A stretch of DNA of 64,000 bases from a virus (taxonomy: Duplodnaviria; Caudoviricetes): the IMG/VR virus record IMGVR_UViG_3300013121_000044, positions 32,001 to 96,000 of that record; one strand, written 5' to 3'. Below, piece by piece: positions 1-9,012 of this stretch. Under the pieces are notes generated by a model that made no database searches, was not told the origin of the DNA, and saw only the letters and a list, made by a program, of their open reading frames with translations. A program made the position numbers and the translations under genes. Every line of letters begins with the position of its first letter. Position 1 is the stretch's first letter.

Positions 1-2620
1 CCTGGACGAAGGGCGCCTCGCGCTCCAGAAGCGGCAGGGCCTGCGTGCCCATCTTCGAGCCCATGATGGCGCGGTTCCCCTGGATCGAGTGGATCATGGG
101 GATGAGGGTCGTGGCGGGCGAGTAGGCGTGGGACACGTGCCCGAGCTGGTGTGTGACGCGCGAGCCCGGGACACGCTTTACTTTCCCGTTCACGAACGCG
201 TCCACCTCCCCCTTCAGGTCTTCCCCGGCGAAGGCCACGACGTGGTGGGCAAGGTCGCCCGCCTTGAGGAACTCGTCCTTCCCCGTCCGGACGTTGCGCG
301 CGACGGTGTAGAGGTTCCCCTGGTTGTCGCGGTGCGCCGCGATCGTCGCCCGGATGTCGACGCCCGAGTGGCTCGAATTACCTGACCAATGCCCCCCGCC
401 ACCTCCCTGGCGAACATAGAGAAGGCCCCCAGGGACCGTGGCGCAGTAGACGAGACCGTCGTGTTCTTGGGTGAAGTAGTGCCCTTTCCTGGGGACGGCC
501 TGACGATACCGGTCCTGGAGCAGGCGCACCTCGTAAACATCGAGGTATCGGTCTTCCCGCTTGTCCGCATACACCGAGGTACGGACGGACCAGCCCAGGG
601 AGATGGCGAGACGCTCCACGTCGCCCGCCAATCTCCGGCTTGTGGTACAGAAAACTTCCTGCGTGTAAGTCTTCCCGGTCGCGCGGCGTGAGTCGATCCG
701 CCCATCCCCCAGGAGCAGGGTTTCGAGCAGGTTTCGGCGCGCCGCGACGGGCGCGTCGAAGAAGTACTCGGGAATGTACTTGGCATCGCAGAAGCCGAAT
801 TGGTGGAGATACGCCGCGAGTTGCCGGTGGCTGATGTGGAACCCTTTGTCGTTACACGACCACTTAAACGGGAGGCGCTTCAGCAGTGCCTCGATCGCGG
901 CGCACTTCCAGTCATTGGCGGCACGGCTCTGCGAGATCTGTACGTGAGCAGGCTGCCCGTTCGCCTGCGCGGAGGTTGATCCCTCCGACAGGAACCACCC
1001 CATGAAGGAGCCCCAGAGGGCGATGTCGATCGCGCGCGCCCTGCGCGGGTAACCCGCCAGCGTGGGAAGCGTGAATGTACGCTTGCGTCCGCCTCGGTAG
1101 GGGAGGTGTCCCGTGTCGAACACCCGAGGCCGCCCGTGCGCTTCATCCGCCCGCACGAGGTCGAAGCGCGGTACCGTGTTTTGGCCCAGGGGGTACACGC
1201 GATCGACGGGAGCGCAGAAAACCCTGTGGTTCGGTGTGACGAGGTAGCTGACCTTGCCCGCACGTACGCCGTACAGCCGCCCCGCGTACGGCTCTCGGAT
1301 CAGCCGATTCGCGCGGCAAAACGCCAACGCACCCCCGATCCGGCAGGCGAAGAAGTCCTTCTCGGTCACCGCGTCCCACCTCTTCCAGCCTTCTTTCGTC
1401 AATACTTCCCCGTCACCCCTGTGACACTCCGGCGTGCGGATCGGGTCGAGCGCGCCGAAGTGGGTGTTGTGGATCATTCGCGCGTCGAGCGGGATCGCCC
1501 GGTCCGAGGGGATGCCGCCTTCGCCGAGGCTGGTGACCTTGACGGCATGGTCGATGAGCTCCAACGGGTTGATCCCTGTCGGGACGGCGGTGAGAGACGA
1601 AGTTGTGACGAACTTCCGCACCGCGTCGGAGAAGGGGGCGGGCCGGAGGGCGTCGCGCACGGAAGTCTTTCCGTTGAGCGCGAACTTCGCCTTCTGGGAC
1701 CACACACGTGCGGAGAGGCGGATCCGTTCGGCCAGGAAGTCGTCCAGGGAGTGGAAGGTCTTGAACGTCAGCGCGTCCGTGTCGTCCGTGGACACCTTGC
1801 CGGAGTGAACGGCGAGGACTTTCTTCGCCGCCGCCAGGAGCGCATCCGGCGTGACCTTATCGTAACCCTTCCCGAGGGTGGCTGCTGTGACGTGAGGGTC
1901 CAGCGTAGTCTGGTCGAGTTTCCGACGCACCTCCTCCACCTTCCCCGCGTGGGGCGCCTTCGGGTTCATCACCGAGGGGTGGACGAGCTTCGCGTAGAGC
2001 TTCCCGATCGCCTTCTCGTCGTCCTTGCCGTGGGCGGCGGCATTGGCCTCCGCCACCCCGTGGCCGAGGTGCTCGACGACCTTGTCGTGCCCGACACCGA
2101 GCGCTTTCAGCACGGGGTAGAGGGGGATGTTCGTAGTCCCGTAACTCAGGTGGAACGTGCCGCGCTTCGGCTCGAAACCGAGGTCGAAGTTCTTCCCACG
2201 CCCCAGGTTGAAGATCGCCTTGAGCTCCCCGTTGTCCGCCCTTGCCGTGTACACGCCCGGCTTGCGTCGCAACTGGTTGGCCACCTGATACTCGTTGCCG
2301 TCCGCGACGAGCGTGTGCCTCTCTGTGAGATAAGGGAGGTGTACGATGGTGAAGTTCTTCGCTTCGTCGATGATCTTCCCGTCGGATCCACGCAGTACGA
2401 GCGTCCCTTTGAGGGCTTCGTCCAGGGATCCTCCCGTCAGCAGCGCCCGCCGCTGCTCCTCCGGGGAGTAGTGTTTCTCCACGACGCGGAGGTCTTTGAC
2501 TTCGAGCTTTCGCTCCCGCATGTCGAGGGGAAACGCGGTCTGAACAGCGTTCACGGCCTTGGACCGGACGCGCTCACGCAGGGACGCCGCGTCCGTCAAA
2601 ATGGGGGTCGGCTCGGTCAT
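1..2620 (-). CDS. Phage multisubunit RNA polymerase beta-like subunit (partial, runs off the window), intein-containing
   Basis: Manual translation from ATG 2620 is open to position 1. RpoB-like blocks: LPYLTERHTLVADGNEYQVANQLRRKPGV, NPLELIDHAVKVTSLGEGGI, IHNTHFGALDPIRTPE, SPATTLIPMIHSIQGNRAIMGSKMGTQALPL (E. coli has [24 protein letters not shown]). Confidence 0.93.
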   Translation of the reverse strand, partial: MTEPTPILTDAASLRERVRSKAVNAVQTAFPLDMRERKLEVKDLRVVEKHYSPEEQRRALLTGGSLDEALKGTLVLRGSDGKIIDEAKNFTIVHLPYLTERHTLVADGNEYQVANQLRRKPGVYTARADNGELKAIFNLGRGKNFDLGFEPKRGTFHLSYGTTNIPLYPVLKALGVGHDKVVEHLGHGVAEANAAAHGKDDEKAIGKLYAKLVHPSVMNPKAPHAGKVEEVRRKLDQTTLDPHVTAATLGKGYDKVTPDALLAAAKKVLAVHSGKVSTDDTDALTFKTFHSLDDFLAERIRLSARVWSQKAKFALNGKTSVRDALRPAPFSDAVRKFVTTSSLTAVPTGINPLELIDHAVKVTSLGEGGIPSDRAIPLDARMIHNTHFGALDPIRTPECHRGDGEVLTKEGWKRWDAVTEKDFFACRIGGALAFCRANRLIREPYAGRLYGVRAGKVSYLVTPNHRVFCAPVDRVYPLGQNTVPRFDLVRADEAHGRPRVFDTGHLPYRGGRKRTFTLPTLAGYPRRARAIDIALWGSFMGWFLSEGSTSAQANGQPAHVQISQSRAANDWKCAAIEALLKRLPFKWSCNDKGFHISHRQLAAYLHQFGFCDAKYIPEYFFDAPVAARRNLLETLLLGDGRIDSRRATGKTYTQEVFCTTSRRLAGDVERLAISLGWSVRTSVYADKREDRYLDVYEVRLLQDRYRQAVPRKGHYFTQEHDGLVYCATVPGGLLYVRQGGGGGHWSGNSSHSGVDIRATIAAHRDNQGNLYTVARNVRTGKDEFLKAGDLAHHVVAFAGEDLKGEVDAFVNGKVKRVPGSRVTHQLGHVSHAYSPATTLIPMIHSIQGNRAIMGSKMGTQALPLLEREAPFVQ
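377..1426 (-). mobile_element. Intein (350 aa) with LAGLIDADG homing endonuclease in the RNAP beta-like gene
   Basis: TPE|CHRGDGEVLT start; block B VTPNHRV; LAGLIDADG blocks FMGWFLSEGS and LLETLLLGDG; block F VYCATVPGGLLYVR; ends WSGN|S. Removing it restores TPE-SSHSGVDIR. Confidence 0.9.
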
Positions 2621-2694
2621 CGTCTAAGTGTACGTCTGGCGGGTAAAAGAGACTGAGCCCGGCCGCGTGCCCGGGTTCCGGAGAGGCAACTCCG

Positions 2695-2739
2695 ATGGTC
2701 ATCGTTAGCGTCCTGCGGTTCGCGATCTTCCTTCTCTAA
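2695..2739 (+). CDS. Putative 14-aa hydrophobic micropeptide MVIVSVLRFAIFLL
   Basis: GGAGAGG SD at 2680-2686, ATG 2695, TAA 2737; lies downstream of the motif GGTAAAAG at 2642. Confidence 0.4.
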   Translation: MVIVSVLRFAIFLL

Positions 2740-2761
2740 GCGTCGTACGCCGACGCCCGCG

Positions 2762-3130
2762 TCACAGGCGACGCGGGCGTTGGCGCTCGACCTCTGCTTT
2801 GGGGCGATCGACCTCGGACCACATCACGGTGACCTGCACGATCCCCGACGGGAGCGTGGTGGTGTTCATCCGCAGGTCAATCACCTCTTCGCGGACGCCG
2901 CGCGCCAGGAGGGTGTCGAGCTCGTCCTTCCGCACGTGGGGACAGAGCTGCTCCGTGTCCGGAGGCACGTAGTCGTCGGCCTCCAGGTCCTTCTCGATTT
3001 TTTTCTGGCAGAAGCGACAGGCGGAGAGAGGTCGATACGTGACGAACGTGTCGTGATGGACGCCACGTACCGCAGGAACGCCAGGGTTGGGGCCTCGGAT
3101 GCCTTCGATGGTGTCCCAGGGGGCGCTCAT
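2762..3130 (-). CDS. Hypothetical protein with CxxC/CxH motif
   Basis: 122 aa; start overlaps the portal stop (ATGA); CRFC...CPH. Confidence 0.7.
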   Translation of the reverse strand: MSAPWDTIEGIRGPNPGVPAVRGVHHDTFVTYRPLSACRFCQKKIEKDLEADDYVPPDTEQLCPHVRKDELDTLLARGVREEVIDLRMNTTTLPSGIVQVTVMWSEVDRPKAEVERQRPRRL

Positions 3131-4857
3131 GACCCCCCTCGCGTCTGTGCCTTCATCTCGGCCTCTTGGTTCTGCTGAATCTGCTCCAGGAGCACCCGCA
3201 GTACGGCGTACGCCACCCCGTCCTCGGTCTTGATCTGATCGAGTCGACTCTGGCGCGTGCCGGGGTCCATGCCGACGAGCTCCTCCGCGAGGGGCGTGTT
3301 CGCTGCGAACACCTGGGCCGGGTCATACGATTGACCGCCGGAGCTCCGCATGGCTTGTTGACGGGACTGGAGGCTCAGGGACTGCTGCTGCTTCTGGATC
3401 GCGAGCTGCGTCTCCGTCTCCGCGCGCGCGTCGTCGAGAGCGTCCTGCCGACGTTGCTTCCGCTCGTGCGTGAGGTCCTTGTCGATCGCATCGGCCATTG
3501 TCGAGTCGCTGATCTTCCCGGCAGCCCACATCTGCGCGGTGAGCTGCTTGTTCTCGGAGTCGTCCACCATCTTGAAGTCGGCCAACTTCATGGGGACGGA
3601 GGCCCATCGAAGGAACGACGAGGCGCGCTCCTCAGTCCACTCGATGAGGCCGTTCAGGTTCTCGATGTGCACCCGGAGCTGGTTCTCGATCATGCGGAGG
3701 GTGATCTCCCCCCGCGTCTGTCCGAGCCCGCCCTTGAGGAACTCGATCGGCACGCCGAGAGAGAGGACGATGTTCTCCTCGGCCTGCTGAAGCTCGCCGA
3801 GCGTGAGCAGGGTCTTGCCCTCGCCGCCGACGTTCTGCACCCCGACGGGAATGGGCGAGAACATCAGGCGAAGCGGGTCTCGGCGGAATGCCTTGTAGTT
3901 CATCTCCAGCTCTTGGCGCCATCGCTGGAGGTTGATGGTGGTGAGGGGGTCGCCCTGGCCGCTCGCCGCCAGCGGGTGCATCACGCGGAAGGGCGTGATG
4001 TGCTCCAGGGCGATCGCCTCGTTGGCGCGGCGGAGGATGGCCGTGAAGAAGAACATCTTGATCGCGGCGGTGATCGGCGGGTACCCCCACTGCGACTCGA
4101 CCCCGGCGGGGCCCGGCATCCGCATGTGGTAGAGGGCCCCCTCGGCGAACTTGAAGGTCTTCTTCTCCTTCATCGCCGCCAGGAAGGCCATCGGCATGTG
4201 GTTGATCTTGGTCTTGTTCCCGGCGCGAACGTCCGCGATGAGCGAGCGCGGGATCGTGTAGTAGTAGACGCACTCCCCGGTGATGGGGTTCGAGTCGATG
4301 TCGATCAGCTTGGGGTCCCACCGGATCAGCTTGAGCTTCGCGGGGTCCCGGAGCTGCTCGTCGATGACCTTGGAGATCACCCGGAGCCTGCCGCAGTTCC
4401 GGCAGTCGTGGCGGAACTCCAGGCGGTCCAGGTTGAACGCGTACCGCGCCGCGCACACGTCCTCGCGCGTGTGGCAGTGCGGGCACTGGAGGTCGCGCTT
4501 GATGGGCTCGTAGAGGGACACGAAGCTGTTCCCCGTGAGCCACACGTCGAAGCTCACGAGCGTGAGGAACCCCTTCAAGCGGAGCTGCTTCTCGAAGAGG
4601 CGCTCGTGCCGCTTCTTCTCGGCCTCGCCGCTCGTCTCGTACACGAAGCGGGTGATCGGGTACTCCCCGAACTTTCGCACCGTGCCATAGATGTGCGCGG
4701 AGTTGAACCCGATGTATTCCGCTTGACGGAGGAGGTCCTTGAGCTTGCGGGGTGTGAACCCCGTCAAGTAGTCGAACATCGGGTTGGGGTGGCTGGAGCC
4801 ACGCGCCCCCGAGAGCGGGTCGGAGAACTGGTCGAAGTCGATCACTTGCGAACTCAA
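3127..4857 (-). CDS. Portal protein with zinc-ribbon insertion
   Basis: 576 aa with portal-like segments DVWLTGNSFV, LYHMRMPG...WGYPPI and LSLGVPIEFL; CPHC...CRNC insert. Start uncertain (TTG). Confidence 0.75.
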   Translation of the reverse strand: MSSQVIDFDQFSDPLSGARGSSHPNPMFDYLTGFTPRKLKDLLRQAEYIGFNSAHIYGTVRKFGEYPITRFVYETSGEAEKKRHERLFEKQLRLKGFLTLVSFDVWLTGNSFVSLYEPIKRDLQCPHCHTREDVCAARYAFNLDRLEFRHDCRNCGRLRVISKVIDEQLRDPAKLKLIRWDPKLIDIDSNPITGECVYYYTIPRSLIADVRAGNKTKINHMPMAFLAAMKEKKTFKFAEGALYHMRMPGPAGVESQWGYPPITAAIKMFFFTAILRRANEAIALEHITPFRVMHPLAASGQGDPLTTINLQRWRQELEMNYKAFRRDPLRLMFSPIPVGVQNVGGEGKTLLTLGELQQAEENIVLSLGVPIEFLKGGLGQTRGEITLRMIENQLRVHIENLNGLIEWTEERASSFLRWASVPMKLADFKMVDDSENKQLTAQMWAAGKISDSTMADAIDKDLTHERKQRRQDALDDARAETETQLAIQKQQQSLSLQSRQQAMRSSGGQSYDPAQVFAANTPLAEELVGMDPGTRQSRLDQIKTEDGVAYAVLRVLLEQIQQNQEAEMKAQTRGGS

Positions 4858-4887
4858 TGCCTCATGCAGGAGAGGATCACAACACCA

Positions 4888-6899
4888 TGCGTATCACCGT
4901 CGAGTTTTTGAAGGGTAACACTCCCGTGTTCTGTCTGGACGCTTCGGAGAGTTCTTCTGCGCGGCGCGTATGGGGCGCCGTGTGGTCGGGCGAGCGCTGG
5001 CTCTTCCCCGCTTACCACCCTTTCGGTCTCTGGGCGGCAGCGGATCTTCGGAAGCTCCACCCCGAGGCGGACTGGGATTCGGAGGCCGTAAGGCACGTCG
5101 GTGCACTGGAAGGGGACCAGGAGGCGTGGCTTCGCGCGGAGGCCGCTTGGAGGGGACGCGGGGACCCCTTGACCGCCGGGGACAGCCGACTCCCTCCCAT
5201 TCCCGCCGATTTTTTCCCCCCCGACTTCACGCCCTTCCTGCACCAGCGCCTCGGCATGGCGCGCGTTCGGCTCTGGCCCCGGTCATGGTTTCTATGGGAG
5301 CAACGCACGGGGAAGACCCGAACGCTCATCGACGGTCTCCGACTCCTCGCCCTCGAAGGGAAGTTCACGAAAGCGCTCGTCCTCGGCCCTCCGGTCGTGC
5401 TTCCCGGTTGGGTCGCGGAGACGCGGCGAGCGTCGCGCGGGGCCTGGGAGGCTGTGATTTGGGACGGGACTCCGGAGACTGCCGAGCGGGCCCGCACGGC
5501 GCAGGTCGTTCTCGTGAGCTACGCCCGTGCTCGTCTCGCGGCGCAAGTGGAGGTGCCGCACCCCCAGCTCGGGTCGATGAAGGTATTCGCCCCGGAAGCG
5601 AGTCCTCTTCGGGAGCTCGGGTACGACGTGATCGTGGCGGATGAGTCGCACAACCTCGGAAACTGGAAGTCGGATCAAACGCGAGCGGCCGTGGAACTCT
5701 CGAAACTCGCGGCCCGGCGCTACTGCTTGACGGGCACGGCGGGGGATCAGCCCCTCAAGGTTTACGGGCAACTCTACTTCCTGGCGCCGGGGCTCGTCCC
5801 GATGAGCTGGGAGAGGTTCGAGGAAAAGCACGTGATTCGCTCGGAGCGAATGGCGCACATCGTCACGGGTTACCGTGCGCTCAACGAGATCAACGCGGTG
5901 GTCGATTCCGTGGCGACCCGGCTGAAGCGCGCCGAGTGTATGGACCTGCCGCCGCGCGTCACCATCGACGTTCCCTTCGATCTCGGACCTCGGCAGCGCT
6001 CGCGCTATAACGAGATGGTCGCGGAGATGCGTGCGTCGGTGACGCCTGCCCTGGAGTACCTCCACGCCAAGGACGCAAGCGGGCCCGTCGAGAGCGGGGC
6101 TGAAACTCTTTTCAATTTGCCGCACGGGGCGACGCGCGTGCAGAAACTCCTCCAGCTCCTCTCGGGCTTCATCCTTCTCGGGACGGAGGATTCGATCTGC
6201 GACGCTTGCCCCCGCATGGAGGCGTGCGTGGAGGAGCAGGTACGCCCCTACACGCGGAAGTGCGCCGTCGTGCAGAAGAAGCCGCCTCGTCGGGTACTCC
6301 GGGACGTGGAGAACCCCAAGCTCGAACTTTTCGAGGCGCTCCTCGCGGCGGTTCTGGAAGAGGACCCCACCAACAAGATGATCGTGTGGGGGTCCTTCGA
6401 CGAGGAGCTCGACGACCTGATGAAGGTGTGTGAGCGCCTCGGAGGTGCGCCCGTGCGCCTGGATGGCGACACCACGAAGCACATCGCCGACATCCGGGAG
6501 CGCTTCCAAGGAGACTCGACCTGTCGAACGCTCGTTGGGATGGTGACGGCGGGGATCGGCATCGACCTGTCCGCCGCGAACTACATGCTCTATTACAGCC
6601 TGCCGTGGCAGCCGTTGGTCTATTCCCAGGCGGAGGATCGGAACAACGGGCCGGGTCAAAAGCGCCCGATGACCGTCTACAGGCTCCTCACGTCCGCCGA
6701 GACGCCGGCCCTGGATCGTTTCATCGCGGGAGTTTTGAAGTTCAAGGGTCGCGTGGCATACACCATGCTGGAGCGGGTCGCCTGCGCTTCTTGTGAGCGT
6801 CAAGCGACGTGTGCCCTTGACGGAACCGTCCCGTTCCAGGAGAACTGCAAGTACGCCGCTGCGGTGGCGAGGCCCGTTACCAAGGTGCACCTCCTGTGA
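4888..6899 (+). CDS. SNF2-family (SF2) helicase/ATPase
   Basis: WEQRTGKT, ADESH, LTGT, AGIGIDLSAA, QAEDRNN; AGGAGAGG SD before ATG 4888. Confidence 0.88.
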
Positions 6900-7426
6900 A
6901 AGCTGTTCTCCAATACACCGCCGAAGATCTCCGCCGCCTCGTCGCGGAAAACGCGACCTCCCTGGGATACGCCGTATTGCCGGAGGAGGTGGACATGCCC
7001 GACGACATCACCGTCTCGGTGCAGTTCGAGGGCGTGCCTCGTCCACCCACGCCGGTACAGCTCGCGCAGACCGCTGGGGAGGCTCCGGAGGGCGCTACCC
7101 CAGGACCCCCGCGACCTCCCGCGAGCAAGATTCTCCCCTCGCAGGAGGGGGCCTGGACCTCGCAACCCGCTCGCGGCGGTGATCCGCGCTACGTCCCGAT
7201 CGAGCCCCCCACGTTCGCCCCTCGCGTACCGCGTGTTCGCGAGGTCGGGCAGGACACCGGCCTCGTTCGACGCGAGACGGGGACGGAGGACGGGCGCCCC
7301 CGAGGGTGGCTGCCCCCCTCGACGGAGCAAGACCCGGAGGCTCCGCCGGACGGGGCGGGCATCCCTGAGTTCGGCGAAACGGCGGATTTCCTCGACGAAT
7401 ACATCACTTCTCCGAGAGGGCGCTGA
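6896..7426 (+). CDS. Hypothetical Pro-rich protein
   Basis: GTGA overlap with the SNF2 stop; 176 aa. Confidence 0.65.
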   Translation: MKAVLQYTAEDLRRLVAENATSLGYAVLPEEVDMPDDITVSVQFEGVPRPPTPVQLAQTAGEAPEGATPGPPRPPASKILPSQEGAWTSQPARGGDPRYVPIEPPTFAPRVPRVREVGQDTGLVRRETGTEDGRPRGWLPPSTEQDPEAPPDGAGIPEFGETADFLDEYITSPRGR

Positions 7427-7427
7427 C

Positions 7428-7622
7428 GTGGAGAAGCACGGCGTCGTAACAAAAGAACCGACAACTGAGGTAGAAGCTCCCGCGTCCAGGACTTTACGCC
7501 GTACTGCCGACGTGGCAGAACCGGCGACGTGCCCAAGGTGCCAAGGACCTCTTCTTTCGCCCACCCCCGAGTGTTCGTCGACGCGGTGCGGGACCTGCGG
7601 GACCGCACCCTTCGAGCGGTAA
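7428..7622 (+). CDS. Small zinc-ribbon protein
   Basis: GTG start, MEKHGVV...CPRC...CGTCGTAPFER; 64 aa. Confidence 0.6.
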   Translation: MEKHGVVTKEPTTEVEAPASRTLRRTADVAEPATCPRCQGPLLSPTPECSSTRCGTCGTAPFER

Positions 7623-7990
7623 CTCGCGAGGAACATCTGTTTCACGACGCGCAGCGTCACAAGGCCATTGTGACGTACCTGTTCGTGGAACTGTGGACCG
7701 CGCCCGCCGACGAACAATCCGTGGCGCAACAGTTCTACGAGTGTTACCGCCACCTCGTGGAGGGGGGGAGGCTCGACGAGCTCCCCCTCCGAATCATCCC
7801 TCAGGCAGATGTCGTGCGCGCTCTCAGGCGGATCCTGCGCGGCGACGAACCACAGCTGGCCCGAATGACCAGCCAGGAGAACTCTCATGACGACGACGAC
7901 GACGAGCGAAGAGACGAAGGCGAAGGACCCCCCCGAGAAGGGCTCGAAGCAGGAGAAGAAGTCCGAATCCAAGTCCGGCGCGTCGGGTAA
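7529..7990 (+). CDS. Hypothetical protein
   Basis: 153 aa with globular-looking composition, but overlaps both neighbours by about 100 nt. Confidence 0.45.
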   Translation: MPKVPRTSSFAHPRVFVDAVRDLRDRTLRAVTREEHLFHDAQRHKAIVTYLFVELWTAPADEQSVAQQFYECYRHLVEGGRLDELPLRIIPQADVVRALRRILRGDEPQLARMTSQENSHDDDDDERRDEGEGPPREGLEAGEEVRIQVRRVG

Positions 7991-9008
7991 GACCCTCGCC
8001 GGCTACGCGGCGGTGTTCCAGAACTGGGAACTGGTTCCGGTCGAGGACGGTCCCGTGGAGATCGACCCGGCGCGCCTCCTGGTGGTGTTCGACGTGCGCA
8101 CCACGCCGCAGCCGATCGACGACTTCCTCAAGTCGTGCGTGGGGGGCATCAACAGCCCCCCCAAGATCACGAAGATGAAGTACCTGGGCGAGGACGGCGA
8201 GGCCGCCGTCAGCTCCGATCCCAAGGCGCGGGTCGCGCTCAAGCGCGGCGCGATCTACCACGTGATCGTGTACGGCCGTCGTCGCGTTCGGGCGGCGGTG
8301 AAGCTCAGCTTCAAGACCATCAAGGCGGAGATCAAGGGGTACAAGACGTGGCAGGCCATGGTCCATGACGCCTACGTCGAGAACGACGCGCGCGCCGACA
8401 TGACGACGTGGGACAGGGCGTCCTACGTCAAGAACCTCCGTGACGCGGGCATGCTCCAGGACAAGATCGCCGAGGAGCTCAAGATGAGCTCGGCCTCCGT
8501 CTCCCAGTACCTCGGCGTCTTCGACCTCCCCCAGCCGATCCAGAAGATGATCGGCAACGGGGCTCTCAGCGTCACGGCCGTGAGGGTTTTGCGCCCGCTC
8601 AAGGAGTACAACCCCGACGAAGTGATCGCTCTGGCGCAGAGGGCGATCGACAAGGGCTGGACCGAGGACGAGCTCAAGGCCGCCGTGAACGACTTCACCG
8701 CGAGGAAGGAGGTGACGGGAGGCCCGTCGAAGAAGGGCGGCAAGAAGAAGGTCAGCCGCGTCGTGGACTACGACAAGGCCGAGGTCGCGTTCGTCGGCGT
8801 GTCGAAGATCCGGCCCGCGCTGAACTTCTACGCCACGCGCGTGAAGATCCTGCGGGCCAAGGAGGTCGACGACACGCCCGAGGCGCAGATCCGGCACGCG
8901 CGCAAGCTCGGCAAGGAGGAGGGCATCCTGGAAGGGCTCCTCCAGGCGTCGAAGATCCACGAGATCCCGGCGGCGGTGTTCGTCGCCGAGGACTCGGCCG
9001 AGGAGTAG
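7887..9008 (+). CDS. ParB/Spo0J/KorB-family DNA-binding protein
   Basis: YGRRRVRAA (GxxR box), ENDARADM, helix-turn-helix MLQDKIAEELKMSSASVSQYL; AGGAG SD; strong GC3 bias. Confidence 0.85.
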   Translation: MTTTTTSEETKAKDPPEKGSKQEKKSESKSGASGKTLAGYAAVFQNWELVPVEDGPVEIDPARLLVVFDVRTTPQPIDDFLKSCVGGINSPPKITKMKYLGEDGEAAVSSDPKARVALKRGAIYHVIVYGRRRVRAAVKLSFKTIKAEIKGYKTWQAMVHDAYVENDARADMTTWDRASYVKNLRDAGMLQDKIAEELKMSSASVSQYLGVFDLPQPIQKMIGNGALSVTAVRVLRPLKEYNPDEVIALAQRAIDKGWTEDELKAAVNDFTARKEVTGGPSKKGGKKKVSRVVDYDKAEVAFVGVSKIRPALNFYATRVKILRAKEVDDTPEAQIRHARKLGKEEGILEGLLQASKIHEIPAAVFVAEDSAEE

Positions 9009-9012
9009 GGAC

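Noticed and set aside
1-2620. Host rpoB, implying a bacterial chromosome
   Set aside because: Too compact and divergent, and flanked by a portal gene rather than ribosomal protein genes.
1106-2656. 516-aa + strand ORF and similar antisense ORFs (e.g. 3166-4911, 27300-29798, 41775-44867, 52490-54652, 62411-63991)
   Set aside because: Each mirrors a recognisable gene on the opposite strand.
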